From Polyangiaceae bacterium (GTDB lineage Bacteria > Myxococcota_A > Polyangia > Polyangiales > Polyangiaceae): a stretch of 64,000 nucleotides of DNA. The stretch covers positions 1 through 64,000 of the forward strand of contig CBDCTZ010000009.1 in NCBI GenBank assembly GCA_965222375.1, written 5' to 3'. The position numbers were made by a program, and so were the translations under genes. The stretch's first letter is position 1. Every line of letters begins with the position of its first letter. Positions 10,001-19,600 of the stretch are shown here, one piece after another. The notes below the pieces were generated by a model. That model had not been told where the DNA came from, made no database searches, and worked only from the letters and a program-made list of their open reading frames with translations.

Positions 10001-11656
10001 GTGATTCGGGCTCTGCGCGACTTGAATCAAGCGCGCGTCGAAGCCTTCGTAGCCGGGCAGGGTGCTGCTCGAAGGCGCTCCGCTCGTGGTGAAGGCCTCT
10101 ACGTGGCTGTAGCCGAAGGTCATCGCGGGCAAGTGCGGACAGTTCGTGGTTTCCGGCAGCGCCTCGCCACCTTCTTGGGGCGCGGCGGTTTCGGCGACGG
10201 CTCCGTGCGTCCCATTGCCGCCGCAGCGTCCCTCCACTTGCACGCTCGCCAGCAGCGAAAGATGCGTCGCCGGGTCGTAGCTCAGGTGAGTGCGCCGCAC
10301 CATGCGCCGCTGCCCGCCGCCAGCAAAGGTGTGGCTCGCTACATCCACCCGCGTCAGCCGCAAGCGCTGCTCGATCAGCCAACCACTGCGATACGAGCGC
10401 GTCGGATCCGGACGCTGCTCGTACGCCAGTCGCGTGTGATGCGCATAGCTGCTGAGCGACGCCCCCGCGCTGGGCGGGGTGTCGTAGATGTCCGACAAGT
10501 ACGCCATCCCGCCGTCCTGCACGTAGCGAAACACCACTGCATTGGCCGGCGCCGGATTGCCCGTCGCAGGATTCGCGCTGCCGAAGGTGTCGTACTGCCT
10601 CACCAGGTGCCAGCGATACACTTCGCTCACCTTGTCGGGATTGCGCTCGAGCCCCAGCGCGTAGCCGCTTCCATCCAGCGGCACCCCGAGCTCCATCGTC
10701 ACGCCGCTCTTGTCTTGCACCCGCCAGGTCTGGTGATCCGGCGACCAGAAGAAGCGCAAGAACGACCCTTCCACCCGCGGCCGAAAGTACTGCCACCCCG
10801 TGGCCCAAGCCGGCATCACCTCTAACGCCAGTGCTCCCGCGCACGAAAGCCCCGCGCCCACCACGCAGATGGGCACCAGCTCCTGCCCCCCATTGAACAC
10901 GAAGCGATCTTGATCCGGATCGAACCCCGCCGAATCGCCGTAGCGCGGAATGCCCCGATCCGTTTGCCGCGCGATGAACGGAACTCCAATGCTCCACCCC
11001 GTCCCCGCAACGCCCACACCGCCACTCGAGCTGTAGGACAGTCCCAAACTCGGCTGCGCTCCCCCTCTCGCCGCCGGCAGCGCGAACGGAACACTGAACG
11101 TCGCAATCCCCGTCGACAGCTGAGCCGAAAAGCTCTCCTCCATCCCCTTGATCGTGCCCGCCCCCTTCGGAACACTGATCGCCTTACTCGTCACCCCGCT
11201 CTTATCCGCCCCACTTGGCAACGCGATCGTATTGGTCGGCCCCCCCGCCTTGGCTGGCCCCCCTGCTGCGTTGTTTTTTATTTGGGCTTTCGTCCCTTTG
11301 TCGCTCCCAAGTACCGCCGTGTTGTTGCTTGCCGCTCCCGCTTTCGCGTCGTCGGCCACCCCGTCACTCGGTGCGACGTCCCAGTCGGGTGAGTGCTCGC
11401 TCACCTCCGGCGCGTCGACCGGAGCGGCGGCTTGCCCCGCAGTGGCCGCGTTCGCAACGCCATCCCCCGCGGAGTTCGCAACTCCCTGCGCGCCCGAGTT
11501 CGCGGCCGCCGCCCCCGGCGCACTACCCGCGGACTCACTCGCGCCTCCGCCAGGCTCCGCCCCTTCAGCATGCGTCCGCCCCACGCCAACAATGAGCACC
11601 GCCAGCGCCACCACGGTACGAAGCCGCGTGGACCCACCACGCAGTCGTGCGCTCAT
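4016..11656 (-). CDS. SpvB/TcB-like N-terminus + FG-GAP repeats + RHS/YD core + C-terminal toxin domain (2546 aa, signal peptide)
   Basis: STGIATFSVPFALPAARGGAQPSLGLSYSS (SpvB). Repeated DVNxDGxxD (FG-GAP). REFRGF, YD repeats, and RHS core YKFTGKEED...GLHYFGKRF...WVSPDP...TDPLGL. Confidence 0.93.
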   Translation of the reverse strand: MSARLRGGSTRLRTVVALAVLIVGVGRTHAEGAEPGGGASESAGSAPGAAAANSGAQGVANSAGDGVANAATAGQAAAPVDAPEVSEHSPDWDVAPSDGVADDAKAGAASNNTAVLGSDKGTKAQIKNNAAGGPAKAGGPTNTIALPSGADKSGVTSKAISVPKGAGTIKGMEESFSAQLSTGIATFSVPFALPAARGGAQPSLGLSYSSSGGVGVAGTGWSIGVPFIARQTDRGIPRYGDSAGFDPDQDRFVFNGGQELVPICVVGAGLSCAGALALEVMPAWATGWQYFRPRVEGSFLRFFWSPDHQTWRVQDKSGVTMELGVPLDGSGYALGLERNPDKVSEVYRWHLVRQYDTFGSANPATGNPAPANAVVFRYVQDGGMAYLSDIYDTPPSAGASLSSYAHHTRLAYEQRPDPTRSYRSGWLIEQRLRLTRVDVASHTFAGGGQRRMVRRTHLSYDPATHLSLLASVQVEGRCGGNGTHGAVAETAAPQEGGEALPETTNCPHLPAMTFGYSHVEAFTTSGAPSSSTLPGYEGFDARLIQVAQSPNHSVDEQLIDLFDVNSDALPDVLVTAAGLYGSGHGVFFNGDSGNANRFGGVVPMSVTGVIGGGPSVITLKNLNVAALDVDGDAAINLLHMPKVKTYAVYEPALTPAGWTWRGREVTTADGQSPKIDFGKDVLDTQVMDVNFDGLVDVVVTTGTEVQTFFALGRYPGGDGQFGSAVRTGPTTATISNEPVRTCVPWSATPVRFSDPDIKLADMNGDGIQDIVRIRKGDIRYWPGRGNGFWGMGKRDDCPGGTFGSGRHIIMGTSPQYSDIQGESLRLDDVNGDGLSDLVQVRFTDVDVWLNIDGEGWTARHVIAGTPASPSYANRVRLVDINGSGTRDILWGNGGKYQYLDLQGGERPHVLTRVDNGLGKSTHLEYSTSTAEMLAAEAAGDAWSSKMPTVAHVVKRVTETDNHAVAGKPAGTYVTEYTYRDPVFEGRQREFRGFARASAKRIGDDNSPTDITETQFLLGECVDETAFGAGIDNGIADCSVPERWRDNPREALKGLPFVTEKRDESGRVLSTETMAYRLRKLYTGLDGREVRHAFETSKTSYLYDTDNFVPATETVTLPRVQVERAPVDDGSAAVPAASNADWTIENGSVTLKSTAGRARIESTSQVDVYGNRREALAFGCTQGCPGGIDEVITTVTEPGRPAGDPTGWLWRTVRTYVDGNVYFNGILKETLTAYSPEGVPLTSTQKLSGFEVLDRFHATGGTVAPPPADASTGADIVWQTEYDGFGNVIKEFGPNGRCREVDYDTSFKQLPIEERMRTDGCSSAALTTKVEEYDRGLALATDVRDMQAQPTEVTYDGFGRLVTLTRPHPDAPGIASPVPSVIIEYFLPPDLGAPGQVFHSIIHTQTQDAETIADGSEYLESWSYVDGFGRTLVTLQEADNTEDGAPWIASGQVAFDNKGTVERKHLESFYSGTPKVFPFGAVPSAPYGSQRYDAFGRQKFTTDLDGTITLYSAYHALSTDMWDAADLEAGPHAGTFASETKDGHGRTAFTTERFHEGSTLRERITRTTYLPTNEPQVIKRELAGSSESVTRWMRYDSQARMVLNVEPNTTKGYTADPTQNPTTLKAWRYAYNDAGDLVGTSDARGCGINFDYDGLGRLLSEDYSPCEAQHQAYSTPNVAARTGLEVLYHYDSLSPDPPPGYGQVAPFVVGRLVAVYDRASLSVTTFDGRGRSTDSAVRVAKPGVPDDALAQRYAPRWYQQEMLFDSADREVAMTTGTTTTELAGVLDPLSGKNTAVTTTYSRRGTVQSVQGSYNTLVKKVVRAADGLLDSVQYGDLADTRTDYVYDTRRRVSTVQTYRGPPNEWSDIPPAYTPPPMFGPDHQPSFQLLLQDDEITYDVVSNPVEVHDWRIPDEWPEGARPVTKKAQYDDLYRVKRVDYQYAAGDDVWKSPFAAENSGDGNLQDSRRAKPSPHVAFDKRVLSQTYSYDWLGNTSQTDDDAHGFYDRSLGTIGNGALAGADPKPYQLASADNLSSPGTRTGRLAARYDDCGNLTRLAVDRNGICLPEDSSCNQLFAYEWDEVGRLTRARRWDMSSSAVTGIDNPLPSANEDVDLTNAYDAGDQRVIKSAKSGPGGGPNAERHTVYIFASLELRRARFQGGDYELSETTEVGYLFANGVRLARLVYEPPQHNVPRFGAGDRLHVFFELGDNLGSSSVVLDQATGELVERTTYEAYGTTESDYRPERWSAFREDYKFTGKEEDVTVGLHYFGKRFLSTHLNRWVSPDPLAIHSPGEADLNVYAYARGMTLKATDPLGLDAMVLSFPDYRVRTGAKSSGKDVRMSLGHAGVLIIDNKTGKTRYYEYGRYGDDRGVVRRKKVHDLKMDRKTRLPTQASMDRLLRQVSAISGDRGRVEGVYIKNDKSAEMIKYAEKRKAQNRDAKRKPYDLQTHNCASFCDDVVKSGGEKGIDRSPGLAGKLLGGLAMGWVGALWGHESDKAMSPREVLDRFRKKYDLRVSHPGAGKRAKAPIVQTPSGKAPTSKTPEKATEKQ

Positions 11657-11859
11657 GCGTCACCTCGCAGCTGCGGCATGTCGTTGGCTGGCATGGCGCG
11701 GACTAGCGCCGAGCGCGCTAACTGCGACTGAAGCGCCTGGAACATGGCTTCAAAGCCAACGACGCAATGACGCAAGAGCGAATCGCCTGCCGCTTCAACG
11801 CCAGCGCATTGCACCGGAGCGGGACAGTTGGGTCGACGAGCAGGCCTCGCTTTCATCAC
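11653..11859 (-). CDS. Small hypothetical protein
   Basis: Fills the gap between two operon genes exactly, with 4-nt stop/start overlaps at both ends. No motif recognised. Confidence 0.3.
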   Translation of the reverse strand: MMKARPARRPNCPAPVQCAGVEAAGDSLLRHCVVGFEAMFQALQSQLARSALVRAMPANDMPQLRGDA

Positions 11860-13613
11860 GACCCCCCGTCGAACTGCGTGCCACCGCCGCGCACGATGGG
11901 AACCGGAATCAACTCCGCCACCACATCGGGCGTCCCCTCGATGCTCCCAAAAACTCGCCCGTAGTCATCCCACGCCGTAGCTAGCGCGCCACCTGGCCAT
12001 AGCGGCGTCGCCGCCAGCGCGACTCGCCGTTGGTCATCCGCGCGATGCGCGCTCTGGCGCGGCAGCGGGACCTCCGGCTTCGAGAGATCCAGCGTGATCC
12101 CAGTGCCCATGGTCCAAGTGATCTCCTTGAGCCACAGCTCTTCGGCATTCGGGTTGGCCGTCACCGCTTCCGAGCGCCAAGCGAGGAACACCCGCGCGCC
12201 AACCCGCGCCAATGCGGGCTCACTCTGCCCCAGGGTCGGATCTGTGGAGTACGGCGCAATCAGCGGATCGATCGCAAACGAAGTCGCCGTTCCCGGCGTC
12301 GCCGTATCCAGCACCGCGCCCCTGAGCGCCGGCGTCCCAAAGGCGCCGCCGCCTTCTGTGAACACCAGCAACAAGCGCGACCCATCAATCGCCACCAGCG
12401 CCGGCTTGTCCAAACTCGGGCCAGGGGAGGCGACCGTCACCGTGAAGCTCCCGCTCCCCGCCTTCGCCTCGATGGTCTCCGTTGTCCCCGTCCGCGCACG
12501 CCAAGCTGCCGCAAAGCTCCCACCAAACGCCGCCAGCGCCACCTGCGACTCATGCGCCTTCGTCCCCGCAAGCACCTGCTCGCTCCCCTGCGGCGTGCCA
12601 CCCGAAGACAGCGCCCGCAACTTGATGTCGAGCCCCGCCGTCGCAATCTTCGACTCATCCACCCAAGCCGCCACCAGCCCACTGCCCGTCCAAATCAGAT
12701 CCACATCCCGCTGATTGAAGCTCGTGGTGGCGTTGAGTCGCTGTTTCGGCCCAAGCGCCCCGGCCGTGCCTACCGTGCGCAGCGCAATCCCCCGCCCATC
12801 CCCATCGGCGCCATTGTCACTCCAAGCCACCACAAACCCAGCGCTCCCAATCCCCGCCACCACCGGATGCGCATTCTCCGTCGTGCTCGCATCGTTCGCG
12901 ACCGTCGCGATGGTGCCCGGAACTCCGTCCTCGTCGAACACCCGCACGCCCACCAACGGCCCTGCATGGGTCTCCACAAACGCGACACCGAAGCCCGCAG
13001 CCCCCGCCCCCACCGGATGCCGCCCCTCCCCAAGCCGCCTCGTCACCTTAGGAACAACGCCACCATCCGACCCCGGCCCCGGCGCGACGAGCACGTCTTG
13101 CACCACACACTGCGCATTGCACGAGTCCGGCGGCGTCACGTCCGTGCCGTCATCACACTCCTCCGTCACCGGATCGCGAACACCGTCGCCGCAGAATTGC
13201 GATACGGGTCCATCCAGCGGGCCATCGGTTGCCGAGTCACCCGCCGCGCCGTCGCTAACCGCTCCATCACCACCTGAACCTGCGCCCCCATCCGGCGCCG
13301 CGTCGCCGCCATCACTTCCGCTGCCGCCCTGCCCACTATCGGTCGGCGAACCCGCTGCCCCCCCAGCTCCGCCCAGCCCAGCGCCACCGTCGGCCCCAGC
13401 TGCACCGCCGGCGCCCGCCGCCGCGACTGTCGTCGTTTCGTCGCTGTTGTCACCACAGGCAGCAGCCGTAGCGAGCGATGCGAGGGCGGCGCCGACCGCC
13501 AGGAGACCGCGCCCCGGCCTCCTCTTCAGCCGACCCGCTAGCATCGACGCCAGGACACCGACTCGTTCGCACGAAGCCCGCGAGCTCTCTCGATTGTGAA
13601 TGCGTGAGCGCAT
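11856..13613 (-). CDS. Lipoprotein with Gly-rich linker, myxobacterial Cys-rich repeat and repeat-rich (propeller-like) C-terminus
   Basis: Lipobox-like TAAAC-GDNS and FCGDGVRDPVTEECDDG...CNAQC. Start 13613 follows GGGAG, just downstream of the upstream stop at 13630. Confidence 0.75.
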   Translation of the reverse strand: MRSRIHNRESSRASCERVGVLASMLAGRLKRRPGRGLLAVGAALASLATAAACGDNSDETTTVAAAGAGGAAGADGGAGLGGAGGAAGSPTDSGQGGSGSDGGDAAPDGGAGSGGDGAVSDGAAGDSATDGPLDGPVSQFCGDGVRDPVTEECDDGTDVTPPDSCNAQCVVQDVLVAPGPGSDGGVVPKVTRRLGEGRHPVGAGAAGFGVAFVETHAGPLVGVRVFDEDGVPGTIATVANDASTTENAHPVVAGIGSAGFVVAWSDNGADGDGRGIALRTVGTAGALGPKQRLNATTSFNQRDVDLIWTGSGLVAAWVDESKIATAGLDIKLRALSSGGTPQGSEQVLAGTKAHESQVALAAFGGSFAAAWRARTGTTETIEAKAGSGSFTVTVASPGPSLDKPALVAIDGSRLLLVFTEGGGAFGTPALRGAVLDTATPGTATSFAIDPLIAPYSTDPTLGQSEPALARVGARVFLAWRSEAVTANPNAEELWLKEITWTMGTGITLDLSKPEVPLPRQSAHRADDQRRVALAATPLWPGGALATAWDDYGRVFGSIEGTPDVVAELIPVPIVRGGGTQFDGGS

Positions 13614-13629
13614 CACGAATCTCCCGAGC

Positions 13630-16600
13630 TCACTGGCCAGCTTGCGGTTGGATGGGCGACCAATACCGGTAACGCAGCACCAGCTGGATGTCCTCGAGTC
13701 GGTTCCAGCGAAGCTGCGGTGAATCCCACACCCGGAACCGGTAGCTCCCATCCAACGGGCGCCCTCGATACTCTGGCTTTTCCACGCCTGCCTGCGACAG
13801 TAGCGCCTGGTCCGCCGAGCCCACCGGCAGCGTGATGTACCGTTCGGCAGCAAGTGCTTTGCCGTGGTTGATCGCGGCCGAGCCGAAGTTGAAGATCTGC
13901 TTGTCCTTCGGCCCCGTCCAGCTCAGCACGCCAACCTGGAAGGCGTCGTGGTTCAAGGTGTAGTCCACGTAGGCCTTGCTGAAACACGATTGGGTCGGAT
14001 TGTTGCTGCAGTCATAGACCCCGGTTCCGACCAGGTTCACCGCAACCGTGATGTGGCGGAAGTTGAAGTTGTCCGCGGCCAGCAATCCGGTGAGCCGCGA
14101 GTCCCCGACTCCCAGGTTGCCCGTATCGAATACCAATGGCGACACCAGCTCGTAGAAGCACTGGTTGTTCGTGTCGCAGGCGTAGCGGAAGGCTCCTTGC
14201 ACATCTTCTTTGGTCAGCCCGCCACAGTTGGAAGATGCGATCAGCCGAGTGGACTTGACGTCGAAGTACGGCCCGGGCAGCGACGCCGGAGGTGCCTCTT
14301 CCAGCTGCACGCTGGCGATGAGCACGCTGCCTAGCTCGTTCGGAAACGCCGCTGCGGCAAAGACGACTTTGTAGTCCCCGCTTTGGCTCGCGGTCAGGCC
14401 GACTGCGCGCCGCTCACTCCAAGCCGACGGAGCTGGTCCTGCATCCGGCGGATTCGGATCCGGCACGAAGGGCGCTCCGGTGAAGGAGCCCGCCACACTG
14501 CCATCCGGCGCCAGAACCGTGACGGAGTATTGAACGCCCGTGCTCGCCGCCGGCAGCAGCGTGCCGTCCGGAGCTCGGGCTTGGTCCCACCACGACAGTA
14601 CGTAGCTCGCGCCAGCCGTCAGCGTCACCGTCTGCGCAACGGTGCGCGGCAGGTCGATGGTTGGGATGCCACCTTCCGGTCCGCTACCGCCATCAGCGCC
14701 GGCATCTACTCCGCCTGGCGCAGCGAAGTCGTGGAGCCAGCTGAAGTCGTTGCCCGCCGTCTCTGGTGGCGTGCCTGCGGCCGGCAGGGTCTGCGGAACT
14801 GCCAGGGCGCTGCTGCGGTCGACTCGCAGGCAGGTCGTTCCGGTCGCATCGCATGGAGTCAGCTCCCAGCCGCGCGTGGTCGGGGTTCCGCCCACGTCGA
14901 TGAAGTCGTATCCTGCCAGATCGCTGGAGTAGTAGAGCATGTTTGGCGCCTCCACTGTGCATGCTTGCGGCGGGCCGAGCAGATCGTCGCGCAGTGAAAG
15001 CACCGTCGTGTCATCGCCATCGTGCGACGGGTACTCGATGTTGTAGTACTCGACGAAGCCCTCGAGCTTCGTCACGTAGTCGCCGATGTATTGGTCGGCG
15101 AATTCAGCGATGATGGCCTGCTCGCCCGCGTCCGTGGGTGTTCCCCCGTCCGGGCCCACGAAGGTCGACAGCTTCGTGTAGTCGACTCCAGTCAGGCTGC
15201 ACACATCGTCTGCCCACTCGGCGGGTGCGTCGATGGGACCGATCGGTTGCGTCAAACCCGCCAAGCGCACGCCCAGACGTTGCTCGATCGCAAGCCGCGC
15301 CACGTAGGACAGATACTTGGCTTCCTTCAGCGCCTGCTGGTACCGGAGGTTCGTGGCGTCGTAGAGGCGCCGCTGAACCGTGTTCACCGGGAACGGCACC
15401 TTCTGTCCGTCGATCTCCACGTAGTCCGCGCCCGAGCCTTTCGCGGCCTCGTACTTCGCTTTGCGCTCGTTCTGACGGATCTGCTCCACGATCGCAAGCA
15501 CCGTTGACGCCGAAGCACGAATGTCTCCGAGCGCGTTCTGAAGATCGGTGTACAGCGGCCCAGAGACGAGCTGAAGTTGGTTGAGCGCAGCGGACACGGC
15601 GTTGCCCTCAGAGGCTGCCGCCAGCTTCTCGCCCTCCTTCACCTTTTCGAGCTGCGCCGCCCCTGTGGCGACTCCGATCCCGGCGTTGGTGAGCCCGGCG
15701 ATGGTGCCGCCACCCAAGCTCCCCACGCTGAACCCACCGATGGCGCCGGAGGCGCTCTGCAGCATCGACGCATGGATGCTTAGCCGCTGCATCGCGAAGG
15801 CCACCATTGCTTGTTTCTGGCTGATCTTGGCGCCTTGAATGCTGATCTGAGCGCTCTTGATGGCCTCATGCAGCTGCGCGAGGTTGCCGGACACCCGATT
15901 CCACCCGCCCGCAAGCCCTTCCAGGGAGCCTCGAAGCTCAAGCAGCTTGACGCCGTGGTCGCCCTTGAACGCCTCGCCGCCAACCTTCTTCTGGTTGAAT
16001 GCTTCCACCACTCGTCGCGGCAGCCCCTCGAGGTAGATATTGCTGGCTTGCCGCGACGCATCCTTCGACAATTGGTCGACCCAACGCGTGAACCCTTCCA
16101 GATCCGACAGCTTCGTGAGCTCCGGTCGACCGCTCACCGCGCCCAGCACACTGCCCGTTCCAATGTTGCACGCCAGCGCCATGGTCTGTGCGAGTTGGGA
16201 GGCAGCACCACAGGGGAAAGGCGGCGGGTACGAATTGACGAACAGCTCGACTCGGTTTTCCTTCGGGCAGCTGCGCGGCATCAGGCTCAATGTCGTGCGC
16301 TGGTAGGCCAGCGTGCGACATTCGTTGGGGTCGTTGCAGGGCGTTGCCTGCTGGCTGGGAGGCTTGCCCAGAATGTAGGGCACGTCCAGCACTTGTCCGT
16401 TGCTGACCGCGCAGCTTTGGGTCACCTCATGAATGCCAGGACTGCCGGCCGCGGATGGAATGCCGAACTTGCCGTACTTCTGATGCCGGCAGGCTAGCTG
16501 AGGGTAGGTATACCCAAGAAAACCGCTATCGGTCGTGTCCGCCGGGAACGTGACCTGACCAGGCAAACCGATTACTATCTGGTAGTCGATCTGCCCTGCC

Positions 16601-19600
16601 CCTGTCCCCTCGATCTGGGGGAATGGCGGCAGAACGCTCCAGTTCGCTGGCGTCGTGCCAACAGAGGCATCGGTCCTCTGGTTGACGACCAGATCTCGAA
16701 ATACCGAATCGTACACGTCTTCGGAAACCCACCGCAGGGCCAAAATGTCGTGTCCTACCGTGGGAGACTTGCAGATTTCTCCCCAGTCTTTCCCAGCACG
16801 CAATGCCGTCAACGCACCAACGGCGTCAAAGTGTGCTGCCGTCGCGGTACCCGGCGCTGCACCGAACTGGCGTGTGCCCCCGGCCGGATCGCCGCAGGAG
16901 ATGCCGTGGAGGTTCCCCAGCGCGCCGGACAGCCAGGTCGCGATGTCCGGCACACCAAACCCGGTTCGGCTCCGGTTTTCTGCGGGGATGCGCAGGTAGG
17001 GCCCGGTGCCATACTTCGCTGACAACTCGACCAACCAGGTTGGGATCCCAGCATTCTGTGGCCATGTCATCCCCGGTGGGATGAACGCAGCCGTTCCAAC
17101 TGCCTCCCGCTCCTCTTCCGGCACGCCGGTGGGCAACTCGAAATTCACGAAAAATCCCGGGCCGTACACCGTGAACAAAGACGCGCGCTGGCCCGACGGA
17201 CCGAAGTTCGATGCGGGGAGTTGAACATCAAACAATCCCTGTTCAATGCTTCCAGACAGGGCGCCCAGGTTCCACACCGCGCCTTGAACGCGCCAGAGGA
17301 TCGCGTTCAGCTCGTCATCCACGTTTCCGTCCGGCCCACCTCCTAGCTGCGTCCCCGGCGGCGTTCTGCGGAAAAGCCGGTCATAGAGCTTCGCATCGTC
17401 CTCGACCGGGCAGGTCTGCCCGGGCCGTCGACAGCCGGGCCAGGCTCCGGTGTCGGTCGAATTCATGATCGTCGTGAGGCTCAGCTCCAGCGCCCAGTAC
17501 GGGGTGAGGCTGGTGTCCACGTCCACCCGCACTTTGAGCCGCTTGGTAAGCTCAGTAAGAGCGGTCTTCGATATCCAAGGCTGAGCCGCGAAAGTCTGAA
17601 GGTTGTGGCCGGCAAAGCTCGTCGACAAGGAAGCGACGGCGTTGTTCACCTCGTCGCATTCCGATGCCCCAGTTGGCGCACCAGCCGGAACATATTCCGC
17701 GAGGTTCAAGCCCACGACGTCATCCGGGCCCAACGTGCTCAACGAGTTGCAAAGCTCACTCGCGTAGCTCGTCCCGCATCCAAGTTTGGAATGCAGGAAC
17801 GCCTCTTTGTCTGACTCGAAATCGAGCGGGTTTTGAGTAATGAAGACCAGTGGGACCTTGTCCTCGCCCAAACACGCCTCGAGCGCTTGGTCCTTGTTGG
17901 GCTTTTTCGCAGAAACCTGCCCCTTTTCGACCTTCACGTTGTCCAGGGCCGCGTAATCACCGCAGATTTGTGCTAGGTTCTCTCCTGCAGCTTCCCGGCG
18001 GAAGTCCTTCTGCAAGCCAAGCTCAATCAGCTCCTTTCCAAGACTGTCCGCACGTTCAGCGGCCTGGCGGGCAAGGCTGAGGTAATGGCGCCAGGAATTT
18101 TCGTACTCGTCGGAATCGCTCGTCAGCTCGTTCTCCAGTGGCACGAACAGGTTCTTCAGCACGCCCCCGATACAATAGGCTGGGCTCGCGCTCAGGGATT
18201 CGGGCCCCAAGTGGGTGTTGCCGATTTTGTTGAACCCGAAGATGTCGTTGAGGTGGCGCCGCTGCTTGTCGCTGACCACGATGTTCGTGCCGCCCGTTGG
18301 GTCGTCATTGATCAAGTCGGGTTGCCGCAGCGCGATCGAGCCGAGCACCTTGCCCTTGCCCGCCGGGCTGTCCGGGTCGTTCTTCAGGATCACGTAGACG
18401 AACTTCGTCGGTAGCGTCGTCGGTGACTCGCCCGGAAAATACGTCGGCGTGAATTGCCCACTCGTCGGGAAGCGCCATAGCCCAACCGTGCCGTCGTGGC
18501 CCGTATACAATCGCTCCGCGTCCGTGAGATCTGCGTTCAACGTGAAGCTGGGCGTCGTCAGCAGGTAGTCGTTGAGGTTGGCGGGGCAATTGTTACGCAG
18601 GCGCGCGGCACAATCAGCCACCCAGGGCTCGCCGTATGCCAAGATCAACTGGCCAGCCATGTCCGTGACGTTCGACACCGCAAAGTCCTTGGGCTGAAAC
18701 CCGAGGGTGTAGAAAACGACCTCTTCGATCCCTCCGACCGACATCGAGGGATCGCTCGTGGCCACGATTCGCCCTTCCCCGCTCCACAGCTGCGCCTCTG
18801 CGGCGGCCTTTTCGCTGGTGTCCAGCAGCTCGTCCATGACTTCGCCGGCTAGCCCAGTCGAAGCCCGCACGGATTCACGAAGAACCACCAGTCGCCGCGC
18901 CAGCGCCTGACCCAATGAGTAGGAATCCTGAAACGACGTGCGCACCGCCCAGTCGGCATTCAGCAGACCATTGGCCCCGAAGTATTCGTCGCACTGAATC
19001 GCATTCTGAATGCCAGCGACCCGCGACATCACGTCGATCTCCATGTCTTGTCGCGGAATCCCGTCCTTCAGCGCAACGCCATTGACCGAGCCGAGCTCTG
19101 GCGCGACGAAGGTATCTGGTACCAAGCCGCCGCCGGGCGCGACGACGCTGGTGACGGCGGGCGCGGTGTTCAACACCCGGTACTGCGTGAACGTGCGCGT
19201 CAGCGCGAAGTTCAGGTCTGCTTCGCTCAAATCGTCGAGCACAAACTGAACCGATCGATCCAGACCGATTTCGGCCACTTGCGGATCCGCTGGCAGCAGG
19301 CCGCTTGCCGCCGCCTCCTTGCCGACGAGCTGCGCTTTCACCGCGGCCCGCACGCTGGCGGTGTTCGCTAGTTGGCTCGTGGGAATCACGATGCCCGCCT
19401 TTTCCACGATCTGCGTGGCGAGTTCCTGCCCCTTGGTTCGGATCGCGATGTCTTCGATCCGAGCATCTCGATCGGCGCCGAATGCCTGCTCGAGCAGGTC
19501 TTCCGTCGCGACCGTGCCGCACTTCGGATCCGTCGTGTACCACTCCACCGATGCGACGGCCGGCGACAGCTCCCAGCGCCCCATCACGACCCGCAGCGCA

